Part shown: piece after piece, positions 19,578-29,431 of the stretch
Position numbering within the stretch: position 1 is the stretch's first letter
Layout: each line of letters opens with the position of its first letter
Virus record (IMG/VR): IMGVR_UViG_3300037067_016944
Source: an uncultured virus (IMG/VR IMGVR_UViG_3300037067_016944)
Taxonomy: Duplodnaviria; Heunggongvirae; Uroviricota; Caudoviricetes
Reading direction: 5' to 3' (one strand)
Length of the DNA: 64,000 nucleotides
Notes under the pieces: generated by a model
Told to the model about the DNA's origin: nothing
Databases searched by the model: none
The model's input: the letters and a program-made list of their open reading frames with translations, nothing else
Position numbers and translations under genes: made by a program

Positions 19578-20759
19578 TTAGTTGTCGAATTCCTCGTCAT
19601 CATCATCATCTTCATCGTAGTCGTCCTCGTCCTCGTCATCCCAGTCATCGTCGTCGTCCTCATCGTCATCCTCGTCTTCTTCAGCCGGTGGAGGATTGGG
19701 CTTCGTCATTGGAATGACGCGGCGGGGTTCTTCCTCTTCATCATCGTCGTCATCCACAAGACGACCAAGCAGAGCAGCACCAATCCCCACGGGGACGGCC
19801 TCTTCGAGATGCGGCGGAACGACGAATTCCTGCTCCTTCATCGGCTCCAGCAAGGGCAACTCGGTCGAGGATGGTAGCTGAGGTGCCGGTCGAGGTGCTG
19901 GTTTGGGCGTCCCGAGTGGACGGATGGCACGGAGCCGAATGGGAATGCTGAACCAGCGGCGGAACATGGCGACGAGAAATTCTTCCGACAGGTCGAACCC
20001 GGTTTTGTCGCCGATAACGGCATCGATGCCACAATTCGGGCAGATGGCCGTATCGCCTTCAGAGTAGACGATGATGGCCTTCGGATCGAAAACGGCTCGG
20101 CAGAAGAAACAAGCACACTTCGTACTGGCCTCAATCTCAGCCTTGTTGTGTTGGGAATGCTTGCGAACCGGCTTGTACAAGGTTTGGTAGGGGTCATACA
20201 ACGGTCCGTCATATGGAACCCCTCGGAGCTTGGCAAGCTGTTCACGGATACTGTCCTCGGCAACGCCAAGCTCAACCGTGAACTGGTTGAGAGCGTCCCG
20301 ATCCAGCCGGATTTCGTCCAAAGTGTGGACGAGGGTCGCTTCGGCTTGCTTCTCCTCGTCACCTAGGACCTTGGGTTCCCTTGATGCCTGTTGTCCCCTT
20401 GGTGCATTGGATTTCTTGCTGGCCTTGACACCATAGGGTTGATGGCCGATCTCCACCAACTTGGCATTTACTCGTTCCTGGTTCGCCGCCGACAACTTCT
20501 TGAAGTTCTGGACGAACCAAGTATTGGGGTATCCGGCTGCGTTCAGATGGATTGAGACCAATTCCTCAAATGGCATCTTGATTTCCCACTTGAGTTCAGG
20601 CTTGGGAGCGGGAGCGGGTGCTCCATTCGCAACCAAGTATTGATCTACTGCCGCCCGCACTTCAGGCGAATGCTCCATCATCCGCTTCATGAAGCGGCTA
20701 TTGCCGTGGCGCGATCCCTCGTAGAGAGATGCAATTTCTTGAATGAGTTGTTGATCCAT
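19578..20759 (-). CDS. zinc-finger domain protein with acidic tail
   Basis: CACFFC...TAICPNCGIDAVIG domain; poly-D/E C-terminus. Confidence 0.8.
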   Translation of the reverse strand: MDQQLIQEIASLYEGSRHGNSRFMKRMMEHSPEVRAAVDQYLVANGAPAPAPKPELKWEIKMPFEELVSIHLNAAGYPNTWFVQNFKKLSAANQERVNAKLVEIGHQPYGVKASKKSNAPRGQQASREPKVLGDEEKQAEATLVHTLDEIRLDRDALNQFTVELGVAEDSIREQLAKLRGVPYDGPLYDPYQTLYKPVRKHSQHNKAEIEASTKCACFFCRAVFDPKAIIVYSEGDTAICPNCGIDAVIGDKTGFDLSEEFLVAMFRRWFSIPIRLRAIRPLGTPKPAPRPAPQLPSSTELPLLEPMKEQEFVVPPHLEEAVPVGIGAALLGRLVDDDDDEEEEPRRVIPMTKPNPPPAEEDEDDDEDDDDDWDDEDEDDYDEDDDDDEEFDN

Positions 20760-20785
20760 ATCGCGAGCAGCCTTATAAATAGTGG

Positions 20786-21451
20786 TTAGTTGAGACTCTC
20801 ATCCACGCCAGCATCCCATTCCTGGTCAGCCCATTCTTCGTCCGGATCGGGAGTTTGGCCGCGACCGGTGTAGTGATTGAGCAGGTCTTTGAGACCAGCA
20901 GGGGCGTTGGGGTCGGCATCCACTTTGTCGGCATAGCCGAAGATTAGATCAAGCAAGGTCGGGCCGGGGACGATAGTAGCCGTCTCTTCCTTGGTCAGGT
21001 TCTGCCAAGTATCGGTATTGCCTTCTTCGCCGCTCATCAAGCGACGTGCACGGACGACCAGGGGTAATAGATAGAATGGCCCGCTGTTGCCCAACTCGTC
21101 GACCAAAGAGGCTTCCGCCACCTTGTCTTCTGCGGAGTTCTGCCAGCCGCTGAAATCGCCACCGAAAAATTGTATCTCTTTCTTGGTGGCGACGACGGGG
21201 ATGTCTTCGATGGACGCTGGTACTCGCAACTCCTTCGCACAACTTAGCATGTCGGTCGGAAGACCGTTGCCGCGTACAACCGTGAATCGAACCATGACCT
21301 CGATAATTCCAAGCGGTGTATCGGCCACCATGGGATAGGCGTGGTTGAGTGGGTTGTACTTGAGTGGAGCTTGCTCCAGGGGATTCCCATCATTGGGTTC
21401 AAGGTCCTGGAGGGAGTCTTCCATCTTGTCGAATTCGTTGTCATGAGGCAT
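20786..21451 (-). CDS. hypothetical protein (paralog of 21514..22017)
   Basis: Own promoter at 21489; shared Y.P..H.YPM and F..LP....AR.L motifs. Confidence 0.75.
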   Translation of the reverse strand: MPHDNEFDKMEDSLQDLEPNDGNPLEQAPLKYNPLNHAYPMVADTPLGIIEVMVRFTVVRGNGLPTDMLSCAKELRVPASIEDIPVVATKKEIQFFGGDFSGWQNSAEDKVAEASLVDELGNSGPFYLLPLVVRARRLMSGEEGNTDTWQNLTKEETATIVPGPTLLDLIFGYADKVDADPNAPAGLKDLLNHYTGRGQTPDPDEEWADQEWDAGVDESLN

Positions 21452-21513
21452 GATATGGTTCCTGTGTGGTGATGCACTTCGCCACCTTGTTATAGCACGA
21501 AAGACGCAAATAA

Positions 21514-22017
21514 TTAGTTCTGATACTTCTCGATGAAGCGATCGATAATGCCGATCAGCCTCTTAGGCACAAACTTGGATTCGATGATGCATTCTCGGAA
21601 CTCTGTAAAGATCTCGAAGAAATCGACATTTACCATAATCTCCCCAAGTTCTGTGGGTGAGATAGGCTCGCCGCCCTCGCCACCGGGCATGTTCTCTTCC
21701 GGTGGGCCTATTAACTTGCGGGCGGAAATAATAGCGGGCAGAATCCAAAAACCGCTACTGGTCGTCGTCCGCGCTTGGCCGGAGAAGAAATCGTCCGGAA
21801 TCTCGAAGCGTTTCTTGGTTTCGATCGGTAAGTCGACGTGATCGTCGGGTTCGAGTTGAATCGCTGTCCCCATCCGGTCGAAATCGACTTCACCCTTTAC
21901 GATGACGAAAGCGATGACAATTTCAACGAACCCTTTTTCCGTACCGAGTAGCATCGGATACAAGTGAATGAAAGGATCGTATTCGTCAGCATTTTCTGTA
22001 CTCATGGTTTTCTCCAC
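21514..22017 (-). CDS. hypothetical protein (paralog of 20786..21451)
   Basis: Shared motifs; start possibly 22005. Confidence 0.7.
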   Translation of the reverse strand: MEKTMSTENADEYDPFIHLYPMLLGTEKGFVEIVIAFVIVKGEVDFDRMGTAIQLEPDDHVDLPIETKKRFEIPDDFFSGQARTTTSSGFWILPAIISARKLIGPPEENMPGGEGGEPISPTELGEIMVNVDFFEIFTEFRECIIESKFVPKRLIGIIDRFIEKYQN

Positions 22018-22706
22018 TTTCGAACCGCACTGTCGGACACGCCGTATTTTCTACCAACACCACAATAGCCAAGTTCCGCGATTTCCTTTAAAAGCACATC
22101 TATTGTCGGCCTATTCGACGCTTTTCGTGGTGGTGGAAATTTTATGATATAACACTTGCGGCACAACCCGGTCTTGCTACGTTTTTTTAGCCGGCAACCA
22201 CAAGATGAGCATTTTATGAGATTTCTCGGTCTTACAATGCCATCTATGATTTCTCGTGGTTCTTTTCTTTGCGTACTGACTGCGTATGTTGGAGTTTGAG
22301 TATGACAATTAGGACACAGAATGCGGAGATTCTCTAGCTTGCAGTTCCTGTTATTTCCGTCCTCGTGGTCTAGGTGGAGTATTAGAGGTTTTTCATTCCA
22401 AATTGGCCCTTGACCGCATATCTCACAAACCTCTTTTTTGAGTCCCGCTTTGAGTAGTCTTTTCTTTAGTTTGGATGTTGAGATTATTGGACCATCTTGC
22501 ACCAGATAATCAACAAGCGGTCTTCTCTTGCCGATTATCTCTGATGGTGGTCGTTTCTTAAAAGTAATCCCTGCAAGCCTCTTCTTGTAGAGTTTGTGAT
22601 TTCCACCCATTGGCACAAGGCCAAGTTTTATCATAACATCGCATACCGAGTAGGATTCTCGTGCGATTTCGAACAACTCGTCGTCTGGTATCATTCGAAC
22701 CTCCAC
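22002..22706 (-). CDS. HNH homing endonuclease with C-terminal HTH
   Basis: CEICG...LHLDHEDGN..N...NLRILCPNCH; GRKYGVSDSAVRKW; adjacent to tRNA. Confidence 0.9.
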   Translation of the reverse strand: MEVRMIPDDELFEIARESYSVCDVMIKLGLVPMGGNHKLYKKRLAGITFKKRPPSEIIGKRRPLVDYLVQDGPIISTSKLKKRLLKAGLKKEVCEICGQGPIWNEKPLILHLDHEDGNNRNCKLENLRILCPNCHTQTPTYAVSTQRKEPREIIDGIVRPRNLIKCSSCGCRLKKRSKTGLCRKCYIIKFPPPRKASNRPTIDVLLKEIAELGYCGVGRKYGVSDSAVRKWRKP

Positions 22707-22730
22707 TACTATTTACGTAATGAAGGTTAG

Positions 22731-22819
22731 TAGCCGTGGCCGGATTCGAACCGGCAGCGTTTACCACTTGGGTATCAGTTCTTAAGACTAATGCGTTTCG
22801 CCAATTTCGCCACACGGCC
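22731..22819 (-). tRNA. tRNA-Leu(UAA)
   Basis: Cloverleaf GGCCGTG/CACGGCT, anticodon loop CT-TAA-GA, long variable arm, GGTTCGAATCC; CCA not encoded. Confidence 0.93.
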
Positions 22820-23050
22820 ATTGGGCGACTAAGAGTTTTTCCTTGCGTGTCAAGCACGCCAATTAGCCGCCCCCAAACCCGAAAATGGGATTGGATTAAA
22901 TAAAGGATAATAAAGACCGGACACCTTACGGCATCCGGGGAGGGCTACATTTCAGGCTCGTTCGTTTCGCTCCTCCAAGGAGATGGTGGCCATGGAGCAG
23001 ACCACCATCACTGTTCCCGACGATGCCAACGCGGGTCATCCCCGTCCGCA

Positions 23051-24268
23051 CTACTCAACTGTCGGAATGTCCGACACGTCGGTGAACCAATCGGCGAACT
23101 GCTCCTTCGACTCCTTGCTCCCCTCCAAGTCGTACTCGCTGCTTATGAAGTTGCCGACCTCTGCTTGGAGCAGACGGCCATTCTTTACTTCGCAGTGATG
23201 CGTGGCGACCTCGGTCGTGAAGTTTAGCAGGTCGTACATCGAGCAGTGAGCCGGAAGCTGCTGCATCTTCTTGCGGCTGAGCGCGTCCAAATGCGTCAAG
23301 CCGTAGATCGAGCAGAGGTCGCCGGTCATGCCAGCATAAGCCCGCATGATGCGAACCGTTTGTGCCGACGTCTTGGAACCTTCGGGAGTTCCGATATCGC
23401 CGATCACAGCCTCACGACGGGTGGCGAAGCGGTTGACGAGCTTCGCACCCTCGGTCGGCTCCTGCAAGAACATTCCCTTCTCGGCCATCTTGGCGAGAAC
23501 CTTGTAGACGCGGTTGCACTCGGCAATCGACGCCCACGACTGGGTGGCCTTCTCGAACCGCTGACGCAAGTCGGAGTAGCCCTCTTCGTTGCTGAACGAG
23601 TCGAGTGCACGTTCGAGCGAGAAGATGACGTTGGCGTTCTGGTTGTCGCCGCGACCCATCGAGATTTCGCTTCGGAAGCCACGGCTGTAGCCGATCATTC
23701 CGTTGCTGCAGACCTGCCGCAAGAGCGACAAGTAAATCAGCGGAGAGCCGAAGCCGTCGATGGGAGTTTCCAGGACGTACTGGTGAGCGAAACCGTCGCC
23801 AGCGATCTTGAAATCCGCCATGTGGTTCGGCGTGTGCGTCGAACGCACGATACCACCGCTGTAATCGACGGTGAGAGCATTGAAGCGTCCCAGCGTCTCG
23901 TTGATCCGCTCGTAGGGAATCACCGGTTTCGAGGGGAGCGTGACCGCCAGGATGTTTCCGGGGGTTGTGCCCTTGTCCTCGAAGGTGAAACGGATACGAG
24001 CCTTGTCGTCGCCGCCCAGGACGTCCGTCAAGCGTTGTAGCACTTCTTGGTGGCTGAACAGCTTGAAGACCTTCGTGGAGAGTCCATGGGTGCTGTAGGT
24101 GGAGCAGAGCGACGTCCAGAATCGGCTGGTCGGATAGAACTTCCGATCTTCGATGCTAAGGCATTGGACGACACCCTTCTCGCCGACCTCCTCGATCTTG
24201 ATGGCTCGGAGAGGAGCCGTGGAGTACTCGATCTTCGGGGGTGCTTTCGGAATCGCGGTCGCAGTCAT
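23051..24268 (-). CDS. DUF932-like protein
   Basis: LLRQVCSNGM motif; own promoter; GAGG SD. Confidence 0.6.
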   Translation of the reverse strand: MTATAIPKAPPKIEYSTAPLRAIKIEEVGEKGVVQCLSIEDRKFYPTSRFWTSLCSTYSTHGLSTKVFKLFSHQEVLQRLTDVLGGDDKARIRFTFEDKGTTPGNILAVTLPSKPVIPYERINETLGRFNALTVDYSGGIVRSTHTPNHMADFKIAGDGFAHQYVLETPIDGFGSPLIYLSLLRQVCSNGMIGYSRGFRSEISMGRGDNQNANVIFSLERALDSFSNEEGYSDLRQRFEKATQSWASIAECNRVYKVLAKMAEKGMFLQEPTEGAKLVNRFATRREAVIGDIGTPEGSKTSAQTVRIMRAYAGMTGDLCSIYGLTHLDALSRKKMQQLPAHCSMYDLLNFTTEVATHHCEVKNGRLLQAEVGNFISSEYDLEGSKESKEQFADWFTDVSDIPTVE

Positions 24269-24417
24269 GTGTGTTCCTCGTAAAAAAGGGTACAGGTTTC
24301 AAGTCTACCCGGTTATAGCACGGCGGGCAGCAATGGTTAATCGAAATCCAGTGGATTTCCCTCCACCGGTATTTCAAATACATGCATATGGCTCCAATAG
24401 CCTGGAAATAGTGAGGT

Positions 24418-25641
24418 CTAGTGAATGATGGCTCCACCGCCGAAGTTCCCCACCCATCCATGGGGCGGGTTGTCGAGTCCGCTGTCGTCTCGACGCGGGA
24501 GTCCGCTTTCTGTGGTACGATCAACGCGGCCATTGTCGTCTCGCTGCGAACGACGACGCCGACCCTTCGCCATTCTTTTAACGAGACCAGCAGGCATTTC
24601 AGTCTTTGTGTGAGCCAGGGTGATGCAAACTCGCATCGACACCTTCTCGATGGCTTCGCTCTGTGCGTAGCTCCGCCATTCGTTTTCCTCGGGCAGCCAG
24701 ACGGACGCATGGGCCGGTGCGGCGGTCCGCTGAATCGGCCAGTGAGTTAGTTTGCTTTGCACAATCTGCTTGAATTGGATGCCGCCGAACTTCCGGAAGA
24801 CACGGCCAGCCATCTGAATTGTCGGACCGCGTTGTGAGTTGCGAACAAAGACTGTTTTCAGACTCGGACTATCCCAGCCCTCGGTTAGCAGCACCATGTT
24901 TACCAAGACCTGCAACTCGCCGCTCTCGAATTGAGCGAGTTTCTCTTCTCGCTCACTTGCTGGCTGGTTACCAAAGACCGTCGCAGCCCTGATACCAGAC
25001 GCCACGAGTTGGTTGCAACACGCCTCGGATTCGTCACGAGTACGGAAGTAAATAGCCGACTTGCCCCAGCGTTCTGGCTCACGCAAATAGCATGATACTA
25101 CTTCGTCAACGTCCCACTTGGGAATCGTGTATTGGTGATAGGGCGATAGATAGCCAAGCTGAATGAGTTGATGAATGCCGATATCTCGGATGATTTTATC
25201 GAAGCTAAGCCGCATCCGGTCGGTACGGAAGGGCGTGGCCGTCATTCCGAGAATCCACTTCGGTCGCACAACGTTGTAGATGTTCGTCATGCTGCCAGCC
25301 GGGTCGTGTTGGCTCTCGTCCAGCACGATGATTCGGATAGGGCGACCGAACTGGTCGTGTGTCGGTGGATTGCGGTTGAACATCGAGAATGGAACGATTT
25401 GTGCTCCGACGCCCAGCTTCTCGTTCTCGGCGGTGATCTGCTTGAGCAGATTACGACGCATCGCGACCCAAGCGGCACCGACATTGTGCTGCTCTTGAAG
25501 ACGCTTTACAATGTCGAGTCCCATATAGGACTTGCCTGATCCTGTGGGCGAATTGAGAAGAACAGACTTAAAACCGTGATTAAAGAGATGAACGGTCTTG
25601 TCTATAAGCCGAACCTGATAATCCCGAACTTCTGCTACCAT
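24418..25641 (-). CDS. SF2 (DEAD/DEAH-like) helicase
   Basis: SPTGSGKS, DESQH, TATPFR, LTEGWD, QMAGRVFR. Confidence 0.92.
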   Translation of the reverse strand: MVAEVRDYQVRLIDKTVHLFNHGFKSVLLNSPTGSGKSYMGLDIVKRLQEQHNVGAAWVAMRRNLLKQITAENEKLGVGAQIVPFSMFNRNPPTHDQFGRPIRIIVLDESQHDPAGSMTNIYNVVRPKWILGMTATPFRTDRMRLSFDKIIRDIGIHQLIQLGYLSPYHQYTIPKWDVDEVVSCYLREPERWGKSAIYFRTRDESEACCNQLVASGIRAATVFGNQPASEREEKLAQFESGELQVLVNMVLLTEGWDSPSLKTVFVRNSQRGPTIQMAGRVFRKFGGIQFKQIVQSKLTHWPIQRTAAPAHASVWLPEENEWRSYAQSEAIEKVSMRVCITLAHTKTEMPAGLVKRMAKGRRRRSQRDDNGRVDRTTESGLPRRDDSGLDNPPHGWVGNFGGGAIIH

Positions 25642-25790
25642 GATTGTCCTGTGTGTCAGCGAGGATGGTGGTGGTTCCTTACCGGGTTATAGCACGAATC
25701 TAGGTCCGGCTTAACCATGCCGCGCTGCAAAGATAGCGAAGACCGCTATTTCTATGTATGGTTAAAATACACTATTACTAAGGTAAATCG

Positions 25791-25994
25791 ATGAAGTGCT
25801 TCGACAAACTCCTTCAGGATTTTGTTAGTGCGGCACGATCCGGTCAGGTTATAGAACCTACGACAGAGACGCAACGACGAGTCATACATGTTCTAGCCAA
25901 AAAGGCTGCCGACCAAGGGATCGAGCTAGAGGGGTTCGAGATTAGGGAGCTATCGCCTACAAACGGCTATAGCCGACAATTCGTTCTCACCTAG
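25791..25994 (+). CDS. small hypothetical protein
   Basis: AAGGT SD; N-terminus MKCFDKLLQ. Confidence 0.5.
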   Translation: MKCFDKLLQDFVSAARSGQVIEPTTETQRRVIHVLAKKAADQGIELEGFEIRELSPTNGYSRQFVLT

Positions 25995-26139
25995 CCTTGC
26001 TCGTCTCCAGTACACGGACACTACTACCGTTGTACATCTCGCGGGCTAGCCGTGCAGCAGCACCCGCATCATTGGCATCGACGCGAACTTGGGTGTTGCG
26101 TCCTTCGACAATCAGTTTCACGACATAAGTGGTCATCAT
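25987..26139 (-). CDS. small hypothetical protein (50 aa, not in ORF track)
   Basis: GGAG SD; MMTTYVVKLIVEGRNTQVRVDA... Confidence 0.55.
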   Translation of the reverse strand: MMTTYVVKLIVEGRNTQVRVDANDAGAAARLAREMYNGSSVRVLETSKAR

Positions 26140-26176
26140 AGAACTCCAAAAAGGTTTCCGTTCTGGAAATAAAACG

Positions 26177-26267
26177 AAGGCGGGCCGGGACTCACTAAGT
26201 GCTCACCCGAATCTTCCAGACCTTAGTAGTATCAGTCCGGTGTTTTTGGCCATTAAACTACCCGCCC
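26177..26267 (-). ncRNA. tRNA-like RNA with enlarged anticodon and T loops
   Basis: Acceptor GGGCGGG/CCCGCCT, D arm GTTT/AAAC, stems CCGGA/TCTGG and TCGGG/CCCGG; 15- and 16-nt loops; begins at predicted TSS of promoter 26273. Confidence 0.75.
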
Positions 26268-26480
26268 ACCTAGTTATAGCGTGAGGCAGGCATCCTCTTA
26301 ATCAAGCTCGACACTATCAACATACCAGTTGCCAGACCAGGTGCCTATTTCTTCGGCATAGAGACTCGCAGCTAGCTTTCTGGCCACATACCAACTGATA
26401 GCGACAATCTCAGGATATTCCTTGAGTGTCGCCTTGGTAGTTCTGTCGATGACAAGACACAAAAATCGCGTATTCACAAT

Positions 26481-26762
26481 TTACATTTTTTCAGCAATTA
26501 TAGCGGTGCGTAGCTCTTCAATCGTTCTGGTTGGTGGCTCAAAACATTCTGGCGGGGACTCTTCTTGCACACGTGCTGCAATTTTTGGAGAAACATTTGG
26601 CAGTGTATTCTGGACACAAAATCGAATGAAGTCCAAATCAATGCTGTCATTACCACTGGTAAAATTACCAACTTGTGAAATAAGATCTCGGACAGCTTCT
26701 CGCCAAGCATTATTCCAAGAGCGGCCAAAGGAATCACCAGTAAGCATCCATCCCATTTGCAT
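26481..26762 (-). CDS. hypothetical protein
   Basis: ORF in minus-strand run. Confidence 0.5.
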   Translation of the reverse strand: MQMGWMLTGDSFGRSWNNAWREAVRDLISQVGNFTSGNDSIDLDFIRFCVQNTLPNVSPKIAARVQEESPPECFEPPTRTIEELRTAIIAEKM

Positions 26763-26784
26763 AATTTCACCGTGAATGTAGGAA

Positions 26785-27072
26785 TTAGGTTAAGCCGGCT
26801 ACAACCATGTCGTAGACTTCATCGCGCATCGCTTCCCAATGTGGGTCGCCGGGTTCGAACACGGCATCTTCGATTTGCGTGATAATCCAGTCAGAAGCAT
26901 CGAGAGATTGGCCTCTGTTGTAATCAGGGAATATCTCGTAAGCCTGCTCGAACAGACCAGAAGGAAGGATCACTTCCTGGTAGAATTCCTCTGGGTCAGT
27001 AATGCGTTGTGCAGCCAATAACCTGCGGGCACTATGGCTCCAATGCCTCTGATCGTCTTCGTGAGTATTCAT
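26785..27072 (-). CDS. hypothetical protein
   Basis: Promoter 27088 plus GGAGG SD, start MNTHED. Confidence 0.7.
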   Translation of the reverse strand: MNTHEDDQRHWSHSARRLLAAQRITDPEEFYQEVILPSGLFEQAYEIFPDYNRGQSLDASDWIITQIEDAVFEPGDPHWEAMRDEVYDMVVAGLT

Positions 27073-27124
27073 CGTGTCCTCCAGGTCGTTATAGCACGAG
27101 CTACGGTAGTGTTTGATAAAAACA

Positions 27125-27159
27125 ACCAGCGGCACGACCGAGGATGTCGTGCCGCTGGT
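27125..27159 (-). terminator. intrinsic terminator
   Basis: 14-bp perfect stem followed by T-run on minus strand. Confidence 0.75.
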
Positions 27160-27182
27160 ACCCCAAGGAGGAACCACCCACC

Positions 27183-27977
27183 CTAGACTTTGATGGATCG
27201 GACACAAGCCGAGCCGATGGCGTCGAAGAATTGGGCGATACGAGCAGCATCGGCACCGCACAATTCGGCGGCACGATCGATGGTGTTGGGCTGCAGGTAG
27301 GTCTTCTCGACGCTGACCAGCAACGCTTCCTTCTGCTCGGTGCTCAATCGCGGGTCGGCCATCAGGGCGTTGCTGACGACCTCTGCAACGACGTCAAACA
27401 CCGTCTTGTCCTGCTTGTTCGCGGCCTGCTCATCCATCGTCACGAAATTGAACGAGACGACAGTACGCTTCTGGATGACTTTCGTTGCTCCATCCTGACC
27501 CAGCAGGCTTTCCAACAAGGCAACCTGCTCAGCGCTGATGGGATTCTGCTGGGACTTGTCGGCCATGATGTACGTGACCGATTCGCCGTTGTGATTGACG
27601 ACGTTCACTGGGGTCGGTGGCAGGACGCTCATTTTGGCCGTCAGCTTGACGACCTCGCCTTGTGCGTAGGTCATGAGGCGACCTTTCGCCAACGCCCCCT
27701 TGTTCTTCGCGGTCTTCTCTTCGGCACCCGCTTCGATAGCTTCGGTGACGGCTTGGTTGAGGATGGCAGACTCACCGATGAGCTTGCCTTCGGTATCCAA
27801 GTCCTTTGGAAGCGTGATGACCGTGCCCTTCGGCTTCTTCGGAGTATCGGCGGCTTTCTGAACCGCCTTGGCGAAGAGGTTGGTTTTCGGAGCGGCCTGG
27901 GTCGTGATGGGTTCTTTCTCAGCGGCCTTGGTGGTGTGGGTGGCGACACAATCAACTGCTTTTTTGGCTTTTGCCAT
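27183..27977 (-). CDS. hypothetical protein
   Basis: 264 aa, GGAG SD, upstream promoter 28083, downstream terminator. Confidence 0.8.
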   Translation of the reverse strand: MAKAKKAVDCVATHTTKAAEKEPITTQAAPKTNLFAKAVQKAADTPKKPKGTVITLPKDLDTEGKLIGESAILNQAVTEAIEAGAEEKTAKNKGALAKGRLMTYAQGEVVKLTAKMSVLPPTPVNVVNHNGESVTYIMADKSQQNPISAEQVALLESLLGQDGATKVIQKRTVVSFNFVTMDEQAANKQDKTVFDVVAEVVSNALMADPRLSTEQKEALLVSVEKTYLQPNTIDRAAELCGADAARIAQFFDAIGSACVRSIKV

Positions 27978-28382
27978 GACTTAAAAACTCCACGTCGTTA
28001 GGGTCGACGTAACCACTCGCCATTTGATTAGGGGCTGGCGTTGCCCACTCGCCATTGGAGGCTGGCGTTGCCTTGGTATTTTGTTATAGCACGAGAGGCG
28101 TGGGTTATTAACTGTCTTTGCATTTGTTGCAGCGTGGTTCGGATGCGGTATAGATGCCGCAAAACTCACAGGAGTACTCCTTGTCTCCAGGGTGCTCACG
28201 AACCCATTTACAAACACAATCAAAACCCATCTGCGGATTACCGCATGTGCAAACGCCAGTAAAGTCGTCGTTATTCATAAGAGCATCCGGGCTGAATCGA
28301 ACAGCCATTGTGTCCTGAAAGAATTTCGAATCCTCCCAAGGCTGCATGCAACGCCCATACCATTTGGACGACGGATGCGGTT

Positions 28383-28655
28383 TTATTGTCCTTCGTGCAT
28401 GTCTTGAATAGCACGAATGACGTCGCGATTTGTGACACGCTTTACGCCATCCAGCTTCTTGTAGATGACGAAGAACGTAACGATGGTATCCCATCCGAGA
28501 CCATCGACATCAACAACGATCGATTTCGCACTGGGATTTTTCAACGCGATCTTGACGGCATCGTCGAGGTAGTCGACAAAATCACATTCATTGATACGTT
28601 CGCCGCAAAGGCTGTGCTCGAAAAGGATTTCAACTTTTGGTGTTCTAGTAGTCAT
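28383..28655 (-). CDS. hypothetical protein
   Basis: Coupled to upstream gene. Confidence 0.6.
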   Translation of the reverse strand: MTTRTPKVEILFEHSLCGERINECDFVDYLDDAVKIALKNPSAKSIVVDVDGLGWDTIVTFFVIYKKLDGVKRVTNRDVIRAIQDMHEGQ

Positions 28656-29023
28656 TAGTACCGCCTTTCGATCTGCTCTTCGTTATCGCTGCGAATCGAC
28701 CCGTCGTAGTTGGTCCTCAAGTAGAAGCTGTCCGTGATGAGAACGAGCACCTTGTCCATCGAGTGCTCGACCTCCTCAAGCATTTTGGCATAGTCCTTTA
28801 CCTTGCGCTGCTTGAAGTATTCTTCTGCGGTTGCCTTGGTCATAGCACGACGAACGTTGACACGACAACGTGATGTGTCGTAGCGATGGACGTCAATGCT
28901 ACGTAGATCGACCGGCCTGCCTAGCTTGGCGAGGACTTGCTCCTCCGTTAGCTTCGTTGGCAGCTTGACCGGCTTCTCTTCCGGTGCATCCTTTGACGTC
29001 CTTCGTGTCTTCGTTGCTGTCAT
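28655..29023 (-). CDS. hypothetical protein
   Basis: Promoter 29053 plus AGGAG SD. Confidence 0.7.
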   Translation of the reverse strand: MTATKTRRTSKDAPEEKPVKLPTKLTEEQVLAKLGRPVDLRSIDVHRYDTSRCRVNVRRAMTKATAEEYFKQRKVKDYAKMLEEVEHSMDKVLVLITDSFYLRTNYDGSIRSDNEEQIERRY

Positions 29024-29431
29024 GTCAGCTCCTGCTGTGGTTGCGATGCTTGGTTATAGCACAACATATGTCATTGGTTAATCTCGATCGGCTGCGTTGA
29101 TATGCACCCGCCTTTTAAATACGTCGCCAGGAATTAATTCCCTGTGGCTGTCGTGCTATAACGAAACAGGAGGAACCACAAAATGGTCCAGCTTGACGAA
29201 AATCAACTCGCCGAAATCATCATCCCTCTATGCCATTGGTGCGGAGAACCACTAGACGGCGCTGGGGAGAACGGGATGCACGGCCCCTGCGCTAATGAGT
29301 GTAGTGAGGCAACCAGAGAAGCAGCCAGAGAAGCGGATGCCTATGATGAATAGTTCTGGGAGTATCTAAACTCCGGGTAGCTATTAACGCCACGACGGTC
29401 TCGTGCTATAATGAGACAGAGGAGAACACAC

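Noticed and set aside
27144..28001. Long antisense ORFs (also 23246..24040, 35783..36424, 37080..37634, 17840..18337)
   Set aside because: They shadow better-supported genes with SD, promoter and motifs; typical of GC3-biased codon usage
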